Source: Narcine bancroftii | Taxonomy: Eukaryota | Length of the DNA: 64,000 nt | Direction: 5' to 3' | Assembly: GCF_036971445.1 (NCBI RefSeq) | Contig: NC_091469.1 | Span: 396,552,001 to 396,616,000 of the forward strand | Shown here: positions 25,961 through 38,039 of the stretch, piece by piece | Position numbering within the stretch: position 1 is the stretch's first letter | How the letters are laid out: every line of letters begins with the position of its first letter | The notes under the pieces: generated by a model | Databases searched by the model: none | What the model was told of the DNA's origin: nothing | Seen by the model: the letters and a program-made list of their open reading frames with translations, nothing else | Position numbers and translations under genes: made by a program

Positions 25961-27382
25961 GCAGAGTCCCTTGAAGGACTTCAGTAACCCAGATGGGCTT
26001 TTCCAAGCACCTGGTAGATTTTGTGCTTATCATTCCGAAGAGCATTTTTTAATATTAAGGTAAGTTTAATATTTGAAATTAACATTTCCCAGCTGACTTA
26101 ATGAGCTTCATGTTTATGATCTAGTAAACAAACTCTGCTATCATACATAGTCCTATAATTATTCTTTTAATATAATGAAGGATTCCCAAGTAACTACAAG
26201 GAATATTATCAAACTAAGTGTGATTTCATGCCTCATATGATTTAAAAGGTAAATAGTTTGTTCACAAGGTGAAGGATGAAAGTGGTTTAGAGAGGGATTT
26301 CCAGAAGCTGATATTTTGGGAACTGATTATGCTACCAATGGGTGGGACAGTAAATTTAGGGATGTCTGTAAGACCAATCGTGAGAATAGGGATATCTAAT
26401 AATGGTATATTAGAAAGCCATTCAGCCCCTTGGATCATTGTTTATTCTCTTGGAATTAATTTTATTTGTCCCATCCCCCTCTTATTTTCCTCGCTATATA
26501 TTCTCTTTTGCCTCTTCATCCATTGTGATGAACCTAAACCTACAATGGCCTATAAATTGACCAGCACACCTTCAGGATGTGGAAGGAAATTTGCAGTGGC
26601 AGAACCTTGGAGACTATGGCAATTAATTAGTTAAAGCTCTGGATTTAGATGAAAATTTAGGCCTTGTGTAGAGAGCAAATATTGCCAGAAATCACAGATG
26701 TGTCAGTGAATTGAAAGATAAAAGTTTTGATTCAGAGCTTTGAAAGTCTGCAGATTCACAGAGAGAACAAGTGAGGCTGGTTAAGTGTGTATTACAACCA
26801 TCAAGTCTGGAGGTAATGCTAAAATTAATGGGGGTTTCAATAGCAGATGAATTGAGATGAAGATGGCATCTAGGTATGTTAGCTAAAAAACAATGGTTTT
26901 AATGAAGATTTTGGGTCCTATATATTCTGAAGCTAAATTCTAACATTTTAGAATCAGAATCAGAACAGTTTTGAGATATCTGGGTGCCTTGCAATTTTTT
27001 CTTTGGTCCATTTTGTCATCAGATTCCAAATTAAATTAAAAAATTGACCTGGGAGCAATACACGATTGCACATTGTGTTCAACTAAGAGTAGCTGAGTCT
27101 TTTGGAAATTCACATTTGCATCTAAATTCACCAGTTTTAGAATGATAAGACCGAGAAAATTTGATGCATCTTCCCTGTTATACCAAAGGCACATAATTAG
27201 TTCCATGATCTTTATTGTTCCCCATAGATCCATAAATATTTTCAATTATTTATCTATTTCTCCACTGAAGAATCTGCTTCCAACTTTCTTGCAGTGCAAT
27301 GCATGTAATCACTAATTTCTTTTTTTTAAAAAACCTCAAATTGCTTCTGGTTCTTTTCCCAATGACCATGAACCTGTGTTAA

Positions 27383-27752
27383 CTATAGGCAAATGGCCAA
27401 AATACCCCAATGCAAAGCCGCATATTATACCCCTATGCTGCTGTCGGGAGGCCACCAGAAAGCGCAGGAGGCACCTGCGTGGTGCACTTTGTAACCCTCC
27501 TCCGGGAAGGATAATCGCCGAAGCACTCGGTTCCCCCAGGCACCTGAATGCAGCCACCTGAAAGTGGCTACTAAGGGGATGACAGCCCAAAGGGACAGAA
27601 GCCGGAGTGTGCTCTGAGGCACCTCCCATGCAGTTGTCCCTTTCAAGCGGCCAGTGCTGCGTTTTTAGCACTGCCACCTGAAGGGCAATTCCACAGGTCC
27701 GCTTCAGCTTCTGCAGGCACATTGTTGGTGGAGAATGCATCTGAAAGTGCCC
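27383..27752. mobile_element. GC-rich MITE-like element (Harbinger-like right end)
   Basis: Ends catctgaaagtgccc, with repeated internal cacctgaa motifs. Confidence 0.45.
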
Positions 27753-28244
27753 TATGTTTCTTTAATCACTCAATAAATAATTCATGATTTGGAACACCTT
27801 GTCAAATCTTATCTAACACTTCTTTGCACTGAGAACAAAGAATACAAGCTATTTAACTCTCTTCACAGACTTGTGGTTTAACTGAGATACCCTTTTAGAA
27901 AATCTCTCCTGTACTCTCTTTGATGTCTTTGATCATATGTGACACTCAAATTCAAACCATGTAATTGACCCTTAACCAGTAATCTTTCAGGTAAGCAAAT
28001 TCTGTTTCTGATAATCCCAAATCTTAGATTTAGATTTGAGATTTATTGCCAGAGTACATACATGACATCTCCTACCACCCTGAGATTCCTTTTTCCTGTG
28101 GGCACAGCAGAAATACCACTAATTGGTAGTGCATAAAATATTAGTACATAGCGCAAACATGTAAACTGCAGATAACGAATGTATACAAGCTGTGCAATAC
28201 AGAGAGCAAAAGAAAATTAATAAAGTGCACAAGTAAGAATCCTT

Positions 28245-28616
28245 AGCCCCTTTTCCATCGGCATTCCAGTTAATTGGCTGTGCAGTATCCCAGGATAGGA
28301 AGCCCTTTGTGCCGTTTCCACTGGACCACTATTAATTGGGGCACTAATTGCTTTTCCACTGAACACAACTCATCCCTGGGGATCGGAGTGTTCCACCTTG
28401 TTCTACCTTCAACTGGTAACGGTGACTTTCTGCTGTCCCTTTTCCACTGGTTTTATCAACACGCCGGCTTTAGTAAGCGCCAAAAATATGAGTAGGGGTA
28501 GAGGTGGTTAATTGTCATTTGATGCTAATGTTCAGACAGTGCTCCTTTTCCAATGGACCCTGTCCCAGTAAATTCCCAGTTAATTCCTGGGACAGGGTGC
28601 CAGAAGGAAAGGGGCT
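28245..28616. mobile_element. PIF/Harbinger-like MITE nested in the Rex1 3' UTR
   Basis: Imperfect TIRs agccccttttccatcggca and tgccagaaggaaaggggct, with repeated internal tttccactg motifs. Inserted at tta. Confidence 0.7.
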
Positions 28617-28706
28617 TCTGATTGAGTTTGACAGGGTGCCAGTAGAAAAGGGCTTCTGATTGAGTTTGACAGGGTAGCAGTAGAAAAGGGGCTTCTGATT
28701 GAGTTT
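28591..28706. repeat. 3 x 38-39 bp tandem repeat spanning the MITE right TIR and host sequence
   Basis: Unit gacagggtgccagtagaaaaggggcttctgattgagttt at 28591, 28630 and 28668. Confidence 0.9.
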
Positions 28707-30445
28707 GTCATTGAGGATTCTGGTGGCAGGGTAGCAGCTGTTCCTGAACCTGGTGGTACGAGACTTGTGGCGCCTAAACCTCTTTCCTGATGACAGCACT
28801 GAGAACCGTGAACTGGGTGGTGTGGATCTTCTGATGATTGATGCTGTCCTCTGACGGCAGAACTCCTTGTAGATGTACTCAGTAGTGGGGAGAGTTTTGC
28901 CTGTGAAGTTCTAGGCTCCGTCCACTACCTTTTGGAGGGCTTGATGCTCAAGGTTATTGGTATTCCCATACTAGACTGTAATGCAGCCAGTCAGCACACT
29001 TTCCACCACACTTCTGTAGAAATTTTCCAGAGTTTCTGGTGTTATTCCAAGCCTCCGCAAATTCCTGAGGAAGTAGAGGCGCTGACGTGCTTTATTCACG
29101 ATGCCATTGGTATGTTGGATCCAGGAAAGATCTTCTGAGTTAGTGATTCCCGAGAACCTAAATTTGCTCACCCTCTACACCTCTGATTCTCCCAATGATC
29201 ATTGGATTGTACACCTCTGGTTTTCCTTTCCTGAAGTCAATAATCAGCTCCTTGGGTTTGGTGACATTGAGTGCAAGATTGTCATTGGGGCACCATTCGG
29301 TCACGTTTTCAATCTCCATTCTTTATGCTGACTCATCCTCCTCCTTTATACCATCCACGGTATCGTCAGCAAATTTGTAGGTAGTGTTGTTGTTTTGCGT
29401 AGCCACGCAGTCATAGGTGTAAAGTGAGTAGAGTAGGGGGGTAAGAACAGAGCCCTGTGGTGCTTTGGTGCTGGTGAAGATTGTGAGGAAATCCATGATC
29501 CAATTACACAGTGGGGTGTTAATTCCCAGGTCTCGGAGTTTGCTGATCAGTTTTGAGGGGATGATGGGGTTAAATGCCGAACTGCAGTCGATAAAGAGCT
29601 TTCCGATGTTGGCATCTTTGCTGTCCTGGTGATCCAGGGTTTTATGTAGAGCCAGTGAGGTGGCTGTAGACCTGTTTTTATGAAATGCTTTCATAGAAAC
29701 TATTTCCATTTGTCTTTAAAGTTTTGTCATTCATTTACCCTATCAAAAATGCACCAGTTCATTCTTCTGTGTTGTGAACCATTAAATGGCTGAAATTTGA
29801 TATTGCTGATATCATTGTGCATTACATTTTCAGGTTTTACCATTTGCAAATTTTACAGGTTGTATTTTCAGGATGTAATAGCATTTAAATTATTATAATT
29901 TCATGTTTAACTTGACAGTATTTTATGGAGTTAAATGCTTTTGACTGTTGTTAAGAGCTTAAAGATTTTATGCATTGCTTTCACTGGCTGAAAATCCTTG
30001 AAAGTGTTAAACTTTGTGGAAAGAAATAAACTGAGTTTTTTTTTAATGGTATGATAAGCCATAACACAGAACCCCACTCAGCCTCCATAACAGTAAAATT
30101 ATGGATTCTCTTTCAGAATAATTATTTCAAGGTTTGATGGTATTGGATATAACTTTTTGTGTAGTTTTCACTTTCTCATGTGTATGTCCCAATCTTAACC
30201 TGGTCTCCTTTACATGTTTGAAACCTTACTCGAAACATTGAGGTATTTTTGGTTTGCAGGCAGATTTTCTTCATGATGATTGCTTAACCTACTTGATGAC
30301 ATTGCTGCTTATGGATTTCGGAGGTCCTTTCATAGCTAATTATATGATTAAATTAATGTTTAAATTTAAGAAATATAAGTATTTGTTAAGGGCAGTCAAA
30401 TCATTTTACGTTTATTTGAATACCTTTTATTCTGGATTTCTGCAG

Positions 30446-30556
30446 TTGAACGTGGCCCAAAAAAGAGACAGGTGAAAACGCTAGCAACATCCCTTCTGGA
30501 AGCATTAGATTACGACAGCTCTGATGACAGTGACTTTGAAGTGGGAGATGCTTCAG
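30446..30556 (+). CDS. PHF14: PHF14 exon 2 (111 nt)
   Basis: Acceptor tttctgcag| and donor CAG|gtgggt. Encodes ERGPKKRQVKTLATSLLEALDYDSSDDSDFEVGDAS, matching the PHF14 N-terminus (KRRQVKPLAASLLEALDYDSSDDSDFKVGDAS). Confidence 0.96.
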
Positions 30557-32193
30557 GTGGGTGCTGTTTAAAAGGATGTATTTTATAATACTTAATTTGA
30601 TTTGAACTTTAAAACATTCCCTTTCCACTCTGTTGCATGTGCCTTTCTGAAAGTGTTGACTCTTTTATTGGTATGTAGTGTAGGTTAAGTTTACCAATGA
30701 GAAAAATTGTTTTGCAGGCAATCCAGCTTGTCAATCCATACAGGGTACAACTCACTGCTCAGTGCAGATTTCATTGACCTTGAACAGAGCAAAGGCTTCA
30801 TTATTTTACTAGTTTGAGGTTAGTTCACAAGTTTGATAATGACAGGAAAGTGTCCTTGAATCTGATGGAGCAGGCAGAAGAGAGTGTGGAATATAGGATG
30901 AGTCTTGATGTTCACTGCTTTTCAGTGGCTGTGGGAAATGTAAATGGAGGGGAGGAGGTCTGAGCTGTGTTCACAATTGCAGTTAACATGTGGTGATGGA
31001 CAGTAGTTCTACAATGCAGAACGTAATTTTGTTGTTATTTCCATAATCAAGAATAAATCACATTGGCAACTTTGTAATTAGACATCTTCATAGTCTGGTT
31101 GTATCTAGTAATCGAGTTCACCTGCAGAGCAAATTGTAGGAAGAATTATGAGAGAACAATATAGGTGTAGGAACTTAATTGTAGTCCTCCCAATTTCCCA
31201 GCATTTGATAGATGAGCTCGGATCCACCTGTTGTTGAGGTTCAGTTTAAACCATTGAAAAATAAACTAGAAAGTGATCTGTGAATTGAATGCAATGGAAT
31301 TTGGGGAAGGAGATGATGATCAAGTGTTGGGAATGGCAGACAAAGAAAATTAGCTCATGTCGGGAATTGAGATGTTTCCCATAAGTAAGTTACATTAGTT
31401 TTAAATTGTATGTAAGACAGGATCTTTTCCTTTATAAAGTTCAACTGCAATGCATTACTAAGTGTTTTAATTTCCTCAACGAACTTTAAAGGAATGTTAA
31501 GATGACATTTTTATAGAAGCATGCTCAAAAATGTTAAGCATCGGTGAAACTGAAATTGCGTAAAGGATAGTATTTTAACAGTATATAAATGGCACTACTT
31601 TGACATATTTGGTGTGATAGGGAAGTCAAAGGCATTGAAAGAAAAAGTGGAAAATGAAAGTAAATTGCTGAGAGGCAGGTAAAAGCTACCATAAAGGAAA
31701 GGTTCACCAAAGTTTAACATCATTTCTTCAGGGACTGAGATGTAAAGTTTTGTTGGCAAACAAATGGCACAGAAATTAACCAAATACTTTGTGTCTCTTC
31801 ACAGAATAAATAAGAAAATTTGGATAATTGTATTGAGAGATCAATGTCGAGACTAAATGATCTTAAAGAAAGAATAATTTTTCCAATATTATTTTCTTTA
31901 CTCATTGGCATAAATCACAGGAACTAGTAAAGGTGTTAACTCTCAGGGCTGGTAATCATATTGTTATTGTTCGGCTAATTAGGTCACGAGGGCATTTTTG
32001 AGTCTGCTCAGCTTGTGTTAAAGCTTTGGTTGCTTTCCCTGGAGCATAGGAGGCTGAGGCGTGACGTTGGAGATATATAAAATCAGAAGGGAGTGAAACA
32101 TGAAAGTCTGAAGACACTGTGTTTGTAGTAAAAGCACAAAAATGAAGGAGGAACTCCACAGGTATCGAAATGTCCATAGAAGGTAAAGATGAA

Positions 32194-32230
32194 TAACTGA
32201 CGTTTCGGGCCTGAGCCCTTCTTCAAGGTA
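32194..32230 (-). ncRNA. minimal hammerhead ribozyme-like motif (variant or decayed)
   Basis: The RNA reads UACC-UUGAAGA-A-GGGC-UCAG-GCCC-GAAA-CG-UC-AGUUA. Stem II is perfect and GAAA...UC is present, but there is U at C3 and stem I is imperfect. Confidence 0.55.
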
Positions 32231-32244
32231 TAAAGAGAGGCTAA

Positions 32245-33249
32245 AGCCCCTTTCACACTTGCAAGTAATCCCATGAATCAAACGCCAATTGGTCTTTAAA
32301 GTAGTAAGTGTGAAAGCAAAATCAGCTTAACGCCAGCGTCAGATAATGTCATCTCACGCCAGGGTTTGACGGCCTTGTCCCCTAGTACAATTAGGCAATT
32401 GTGAAAGGGGTAGAATTGTCGGATTGAAATGATCCAAGTTTTTGCGTGAGTGCAGGAAGAAAAGATTAAAATGAAAATATAAATTTTGCCATAGGAAAGT
32501 CACAGTGAAAGAAAGGAAATAAATAGCAATAACCAGCAATAGTGGACAAGTTTTAAACAGCATTGGAAAACTGGTAGCACTGTAGCGCACAATTTATAAA
32601 GACTTTGGGGGAAGAAAGCAATGGTGGTGGCAGAGAAACCCCTCTATGAATGCTCCATGTATGCAGCCGGGCATGCAGCACCTTTCTCTCCCGCATGGAA
32701 TTCTAGGAGGGCTGGTCCGCCATCGTTTTTTACCATGGTCTTTATAAATTGTACGCAATAGTGCTACCAATGTTCCCAAGCTATATAAATTGTGCCTTAT
32801 AGCGCTACAAACATTCCTTCGCTGTGTAAATTGAGCGCTATAGTGCTACCAACTTTCCCACCCTGTTTAAAAATTGTCTGCTATTACTATTTATTGCTTG
32901 CACTTTCCCACGGTCCCTTGTATAGATCAGCACAACAACAACAGGAGCTGAAGGGCTCATACTGTGCCTACATAAAGCTTAATTATGTTATAATTATGCA
33001 TGATTAATTTTGTTCAAATATAAGATCATAATACATTGATCAGGATTTAGGGCAAGTTCACCATCAGATATTGCATCATTACATCACCAGTAGAAGGTAG
33101 AACAGTCCTAACCCCAGGGATGGCTCCTTGCAAGTGTGAAAGCATTCAGTGTCCCAGTTAGGAGTGGTCAAGTGCAAAAAGCCAAGCCCCCATTCCTATC
33201 CCAGGACACTGAACAGCTAATTTAGTGGAATGCAAGTGTGAAAGGGGCT
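32245..33249. mobile_element. PIF/Harbinger-like MITE with perfect 19-bp TIRs
   Basis: AGCCCCTTTCACACTTGCA and TGCAAGTGTGAAAGGGGCT, with subterminal aagtgtgaaag repeats. Preceded by TAA; the right TSD is imperfect. Confidence 0.8.
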
Positions 33250-33887
33250 AGAGGTAGAGGAAAGGAGAAATAGGGATGGATAAGGGTTAATGGAATCTGG
33301 AGGCCATCTGGTTAATACCATCTGGTTGGAAGGTGCCCAGACAGAATATGAGGTGTGGTTCCTCCAATTTGAGGTGGTCTCAATCTGGCAGTGGACAAGA
33401 ACATGGATGGACATGTCGTTATGGGAATGGGGCGGGGTATTGTGTTTTTACGGAAATCATGTGTGACATTGATAAAGTCATAATGGTTGTCTTTTTCTTT
33501 GGCTTGCTCAGTGTAAAAGTAGAGGGCATGTGTTGAAGGTGAGAAAGGGTAGGATTTTCCACATTCAGGATGGTGGGTATATGAAAGGAGCTGCCATCGA
33601 AAGTGCTGGAGGTGGGTACAGGTGTAATTACATCAGTTAAGACATTTGGGCAGGAACATGCAAAGGAAAAGTTTCGAGGTATGTGATACAAATGCAAGAA
33701 AATGGGACTGCCTCAGGTTGACCCCTTGGTCAGCAAGGATGAATTGCAGTTTTGACTTTAACTGGACTACAGTTGAGTATTCTTTCTCCCTCTTGAAATG
33801 GACCTTAGCTCAGTTTTTTCACATTCCGTAGACAGTTTCCACATACCAGAAGGTAGCGAATGTAACTCTACATTATTAAGAAATGAG

Positions 33888-34273
33888 CAGGGGTGCAGTG
33901 CTGCTGGAATTCATCAGGCTGCTGCTCCGGCACCTCATTGGGGTGTTCTGGCACCTCACTGGCCCACTCAGGGCGGCAGCAGCAGCTCAATATGGAATAA
34001 TTGGCTGTCTTCATTACCCATAATCCCCCATGCAGTTGGAACCACTGTGCCTGACGTGGCTCCCCCCCCCCCCCCCCCCCTGCTGAGTGCTATTTTCTAT
34101 TCTGGACATATGTTTCTTCTACAACCGGTCATCCTACTTCATAGTCCTACAGTTTGCTGTCAATTATATAACACCAAATACAACACAGCAGCCACCAAGG
34201 CCAGGTCTCACGAGATCTTCTTGTCGCCAATTTTGGTGAGTTTCGGCACCTAAAAGATTTGCTCTGCACCCTG
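33888..34273. mobile_element. hAT-type MITE
   Basis: TIRs caggggtgcagtgc and gctctgcaccctg. 8-bp TSD gaaatgag/gaactgag (7/8). Confidence 0.7.
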
Positions 34274-34294
34274 GAACTGAGGGAGAGAAAATAG

Positions 34295-34950
34295 AATGAC
34301 ATCAGTCAGCTTATTAGTATTTTTTTTAAAGTTGGAATCTATTATCAAGGAGGTGGTCACAGGGCACTTAGAAAGCAAAAATGGTGGGATTGGGTAAAGT
34401 TACTATTGATATATGAAAGGAAAACTATATTTCATGAATCAGTTGGAATTTTTTTGAGATTATCAGCAACAAAATAGATAAAGGTGATCCAGTTGATGTG
34501 AGATATTTAGACTTTTAGAAGTCTACAAAGTGCCATAATAAGATATTATGAAGAACATTTAGAGGATGTGGTAATAAAGGTGAGTCAGCAAGAGAAGAGA
34601 GTCGGAATAAATGAAAATGAAACCAAGTTTTGAAGGAAGAGAGTTTATATTTAGAAATGTTCCATATGGATGGTTTGTGGTGATGGTGGGGGGGGGGGGG
34701 TGAAGAGGGGGGAAATGTGGTGTGAAGTTGGTATTTTTCTTCGTTGGAGTGTCATGAACTAAGGTGATGTCAAAATAAGGGTTAGAACTGAGAAGAAATG
34801 TGCCTAATGGGCAGTAAGTTTTTGTGATTCAATCCTAGAAGTCTGTCTGTAGAATCTAAGTTGCTGTGTATATTCAAAACGGATGAATGAATAAACTTTT
34901 ATTCATTAAGGAAGTCGAGGGATATGTATGTGTTAGTGCAACAAATTGTC
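34295..34950 (+). mobile_element. CR1 LINE fragment
   Basis: Decayed LESIIKEV and LEFFE...DKGDPVDV motifs. Confidence 0.6.
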
Positions 34951-35857
34951 AAAAGTGTGGGAAAAAAAATTGAATGTTCACAAGATTACGTCTGCTATTT
35001 CTTATCAACTGCAAATGTTGCAGTGCTTATTGTTCAGAAACCCTGCAATGCTCCAGTGATAAAAGTCCTAGCCTATCTAGCTTCTACCGGTACCATCCTT
35101 GTGAATCTTTTTTGCACCCTTTAGAGCTTAATGATGACCCGAGCGATACACAATAATCTATTGTGGCCATATAAATGTCTTGTGCTACTGCAGTGTAATC
35201 CAATTCCTGGTCTCCATGCTCTGACCAATGAAGTCAAGTGTGCAAAGTGCTTTCTTCACTGCCTCATCGACCTGTTTTGCTGTTAACCAGGTATTCTGTT
35301 ATCTGCACCCCTAGGTAGAACCTTACAACATTATAGCACAGAAACAGGCCTCTTCAGCCCTTCTAGTCTGTGCTGAGTTTTTTTTTGCCTTGTCACACTG
35401 ACCTGTACTCAGTACAGAGTTCTCTATACCTCTCTTGTCCATGACCAATTTCCTCTTAATGTTAAAATTGAGCCTGTATTCACCAATTCAGCTGGAAGTT
35501 TGTTCTATACCCCTACCACTCTCTGTGTGAAGAAGTTCGTCCTCATGTTCCCCCTAAACTTTTCCCCTTTCACTCTTAACCATTTCCTCTGGTTTGTATC
35601 TCACCTACCCTCAGTGGAAAAAGCCTATCTACATTTACTCTGTCTATCCCTCTCGTAATTTTAAATACCTCTTTCAAATCTCCCCTCATTCTTCTACACT
35701 CCAGAGAATAAAGTCCTAACTTGTTTAACCTTTCCCTGTAACTCAGTTCCTGAAGTCTTGCACTCTTTCTATATTATTAATACTTTTCCTGTAGTTAGAT
35801 GACCAAAACTGCCCACAATACTCCAAATTTGGCCTCACAATGTCTTATGCAACTTCA

Positions 35858-36540
35858 CTTTATTTATTTTTCAATATTATTATTGAAGTTTTCCATAATA
35901 TACAAATAGAAGCCATAAATCAAAATTAATATGAAATAGGAAATACACAAAAGATGTCTAATATAGAAAGCTCTTACATATGAACTGGATATCATAACAG
36001 ACAAACAGAAAAAAATAATCAATTAATCATTTAAACAGTAATATATGACAAATTGAAAAAGAATTTTAAAAAAAGTTAATGCTATACAACACTACAAATT
36101 CTGTCCCTTCCCTTCTGAAGTTATTGGTTTGATACATTAAGTTCCACTACCATTTTAGAAAAAACACACATTCATAAAGCAGCATCTTACTGATCCTATA
36201 AATTATATTAAAAAATTGATAAAAGGACTCCACAAACTCTTTAAAAAATAAATCCTTAAATTGGAAGAGCTTCTGATTTTTTTCCAAAGTTAAGCATCCC
36301 ATCATGTCATATAGCCATTGAGTTTGAGGAACTTCATCTTTCCATCTCATCAATATTGATTGTCTAGCAATATTGGAAGCAAAAGAAGCTGCATGGGATA
36401 GAGCCATAGTTAATTTCAAATCAGTTGCCTCAATTGCTCCAAAAAGAACAATTTAAGGATTAGGTGTAAACTTTACATTAATAACTAAATTTGGAACGAA
36501 CAAGACTAAAATATATGTACAAAGTACCTTCCTCCATTCC
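35858..36540 (-). mobile_element. L1/Tx1-like 3' fragment nested in CR1
   Basis: ORF 36147-36419 (IARQSILMRWKD...WLYDMMGCLTLEK), T-rich tail, imperfect flanking duplication atgcaacttca/atacaatttca. Confidence 0.7.
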
Positions 36541-38039
36541 ATACAATTTCAACATAACATCCCAACTCCTGCACTCATTACTTTGATATATGAAGACCAC
36601 TATGCCAAAAGCTCTCTTCACCTGTGACACCCTATTCATCTGTGACACCACTTTTAGGGAGTTATATGTCTGTATTCCCAGATACATAGTTTTCTACTGC
36701 ACACCTTAGTGCCCTGTTGTGAAATGTATATGTCCTTTTTTTTGTTTGTCCTTCCAAAATGCAATACCTCACACTTGTCTGCATTAAATTGCATCTGCCA
36801 TTTTTTCAGCCCATTTTTCCAGCTGATGCTGATCTCTCTGCAAGCTTTGAGAACTTCTTTGCTGTCCACAACCCCTCCAATCTTAGTGTCATCTGCAAAC
36901 TTACTGATCCAATTTACCACATGATCATTGATGTAGATGACAACAAAGGTCCCAGCACTGATTCCTGAGGCACACCACTAGTTACAGGCCTCCAATCTGA
37001 GAAACAATCATCCACCACTACTCTCTGGTCTTTTCTGTCCAGCCATTGTTGAATCCAGTTCACTGGAATTCTTAGCAACTGAACTTTCCTGACTAACTTC
37101 CCATGCAGGACCTTGTCAAAGGCCTTACTAAAGTTCGTGTAGACAACATCTACAACCTTTCCTCCATCAACTTTCCTGGTAGCCTCTTCAAAAAACTCTA
37201 CAAGATTGATTACACAAGACCTATCACGTGTAACCATACAATGTAATCGGCCAATGGCTATCCAAATAATTGTATATCTGATCTCTTGGAACACTTTCCA
37301 ATAATTTACCTAGTACTGATGTCAGGTTCATTGGCCTATAATTTACAGGGTTACTTTTGGAACCTTTTTAAAATAACGGAATATGGGTCCAATCCTCTGG
37401 CACCACACCTGTGGCTAAGGACATTTTAAATATTTCTGCCAGAGCCCCTCCATTTTCTACACTAGCCTCCTTCAAGATCTGAGGGAATATTTTGTCAGGC
37501 CCAGGGGGTTTATCCACCCTTATTTGCTTTAAAACAGCAAGCACTTCCTCCTCTTTAATCTGTATAGATTCACTGACCTCACCACTTGTTTTCCTTATTT
37601 CCCATGAATCTGTGCCCTTTTCCTGAGTGAATACTGATTGGGGAAAAAAAAATAAGACCTCTCCCCTTTCCTTTTTCTCCATTCAAAGCTGACCATACTG
37701 ATCTTCACAGGGACCAGTTTTGTCCCTTACTATCCTTTTGCTCTTAAAAACTTGTAGAAACCCTTAGGATTTTCCTTCACATCGTCTGCCAAAGCAACCT
37801 CACGTTTTTTAGCATTCCTGGTTTCCTTGAGGTTTTTGCATTTTTTTTTTACTCCTCAAGTAACTTATTTGCTCCATGTTGCCTATAATTGTTATACACC
37901 TCTCTCTTCCAAACCAGATTCCCAATATCCCTCGAAAACAAAGGCTCCCTCTGCCTTTTAACCTTTGATCCTGCAAACATGCAAACTGTACTCTAAAAAT
38001 TCCACCATTGGAAGTTCTACACTTCGCTTGTACATCCTT

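Larger units (their letters stand above)
28021..29680 (-). mobile_element. Rex1/Babar-like LINE, 3' half
   Basis: ORFs with [15 protein letters not shown]...YKFADDT, KARQRLYFLR and SGKRFR. Tail ttagatttagatttgagatttattg. Confidence 0.9.
32095..33425 (-). mobile_element. Penelope-like element 3' end (GIY-YIG C-terminus plus pseudo-LTR), interrupted by a MITE
   Basis: The reverse strand of 33300-33380 reads KLEEPHLIFCLGTFQPDGIN. The downstream pLTR-like region carries a hammerhead-like motif. Confidence 0.7.

Noticed and set aside
28591-28706. CRISPR-like array
   Set aside because: Head-to-tail repeats with no unique spacers, no cas genes, and a vertebrate context.
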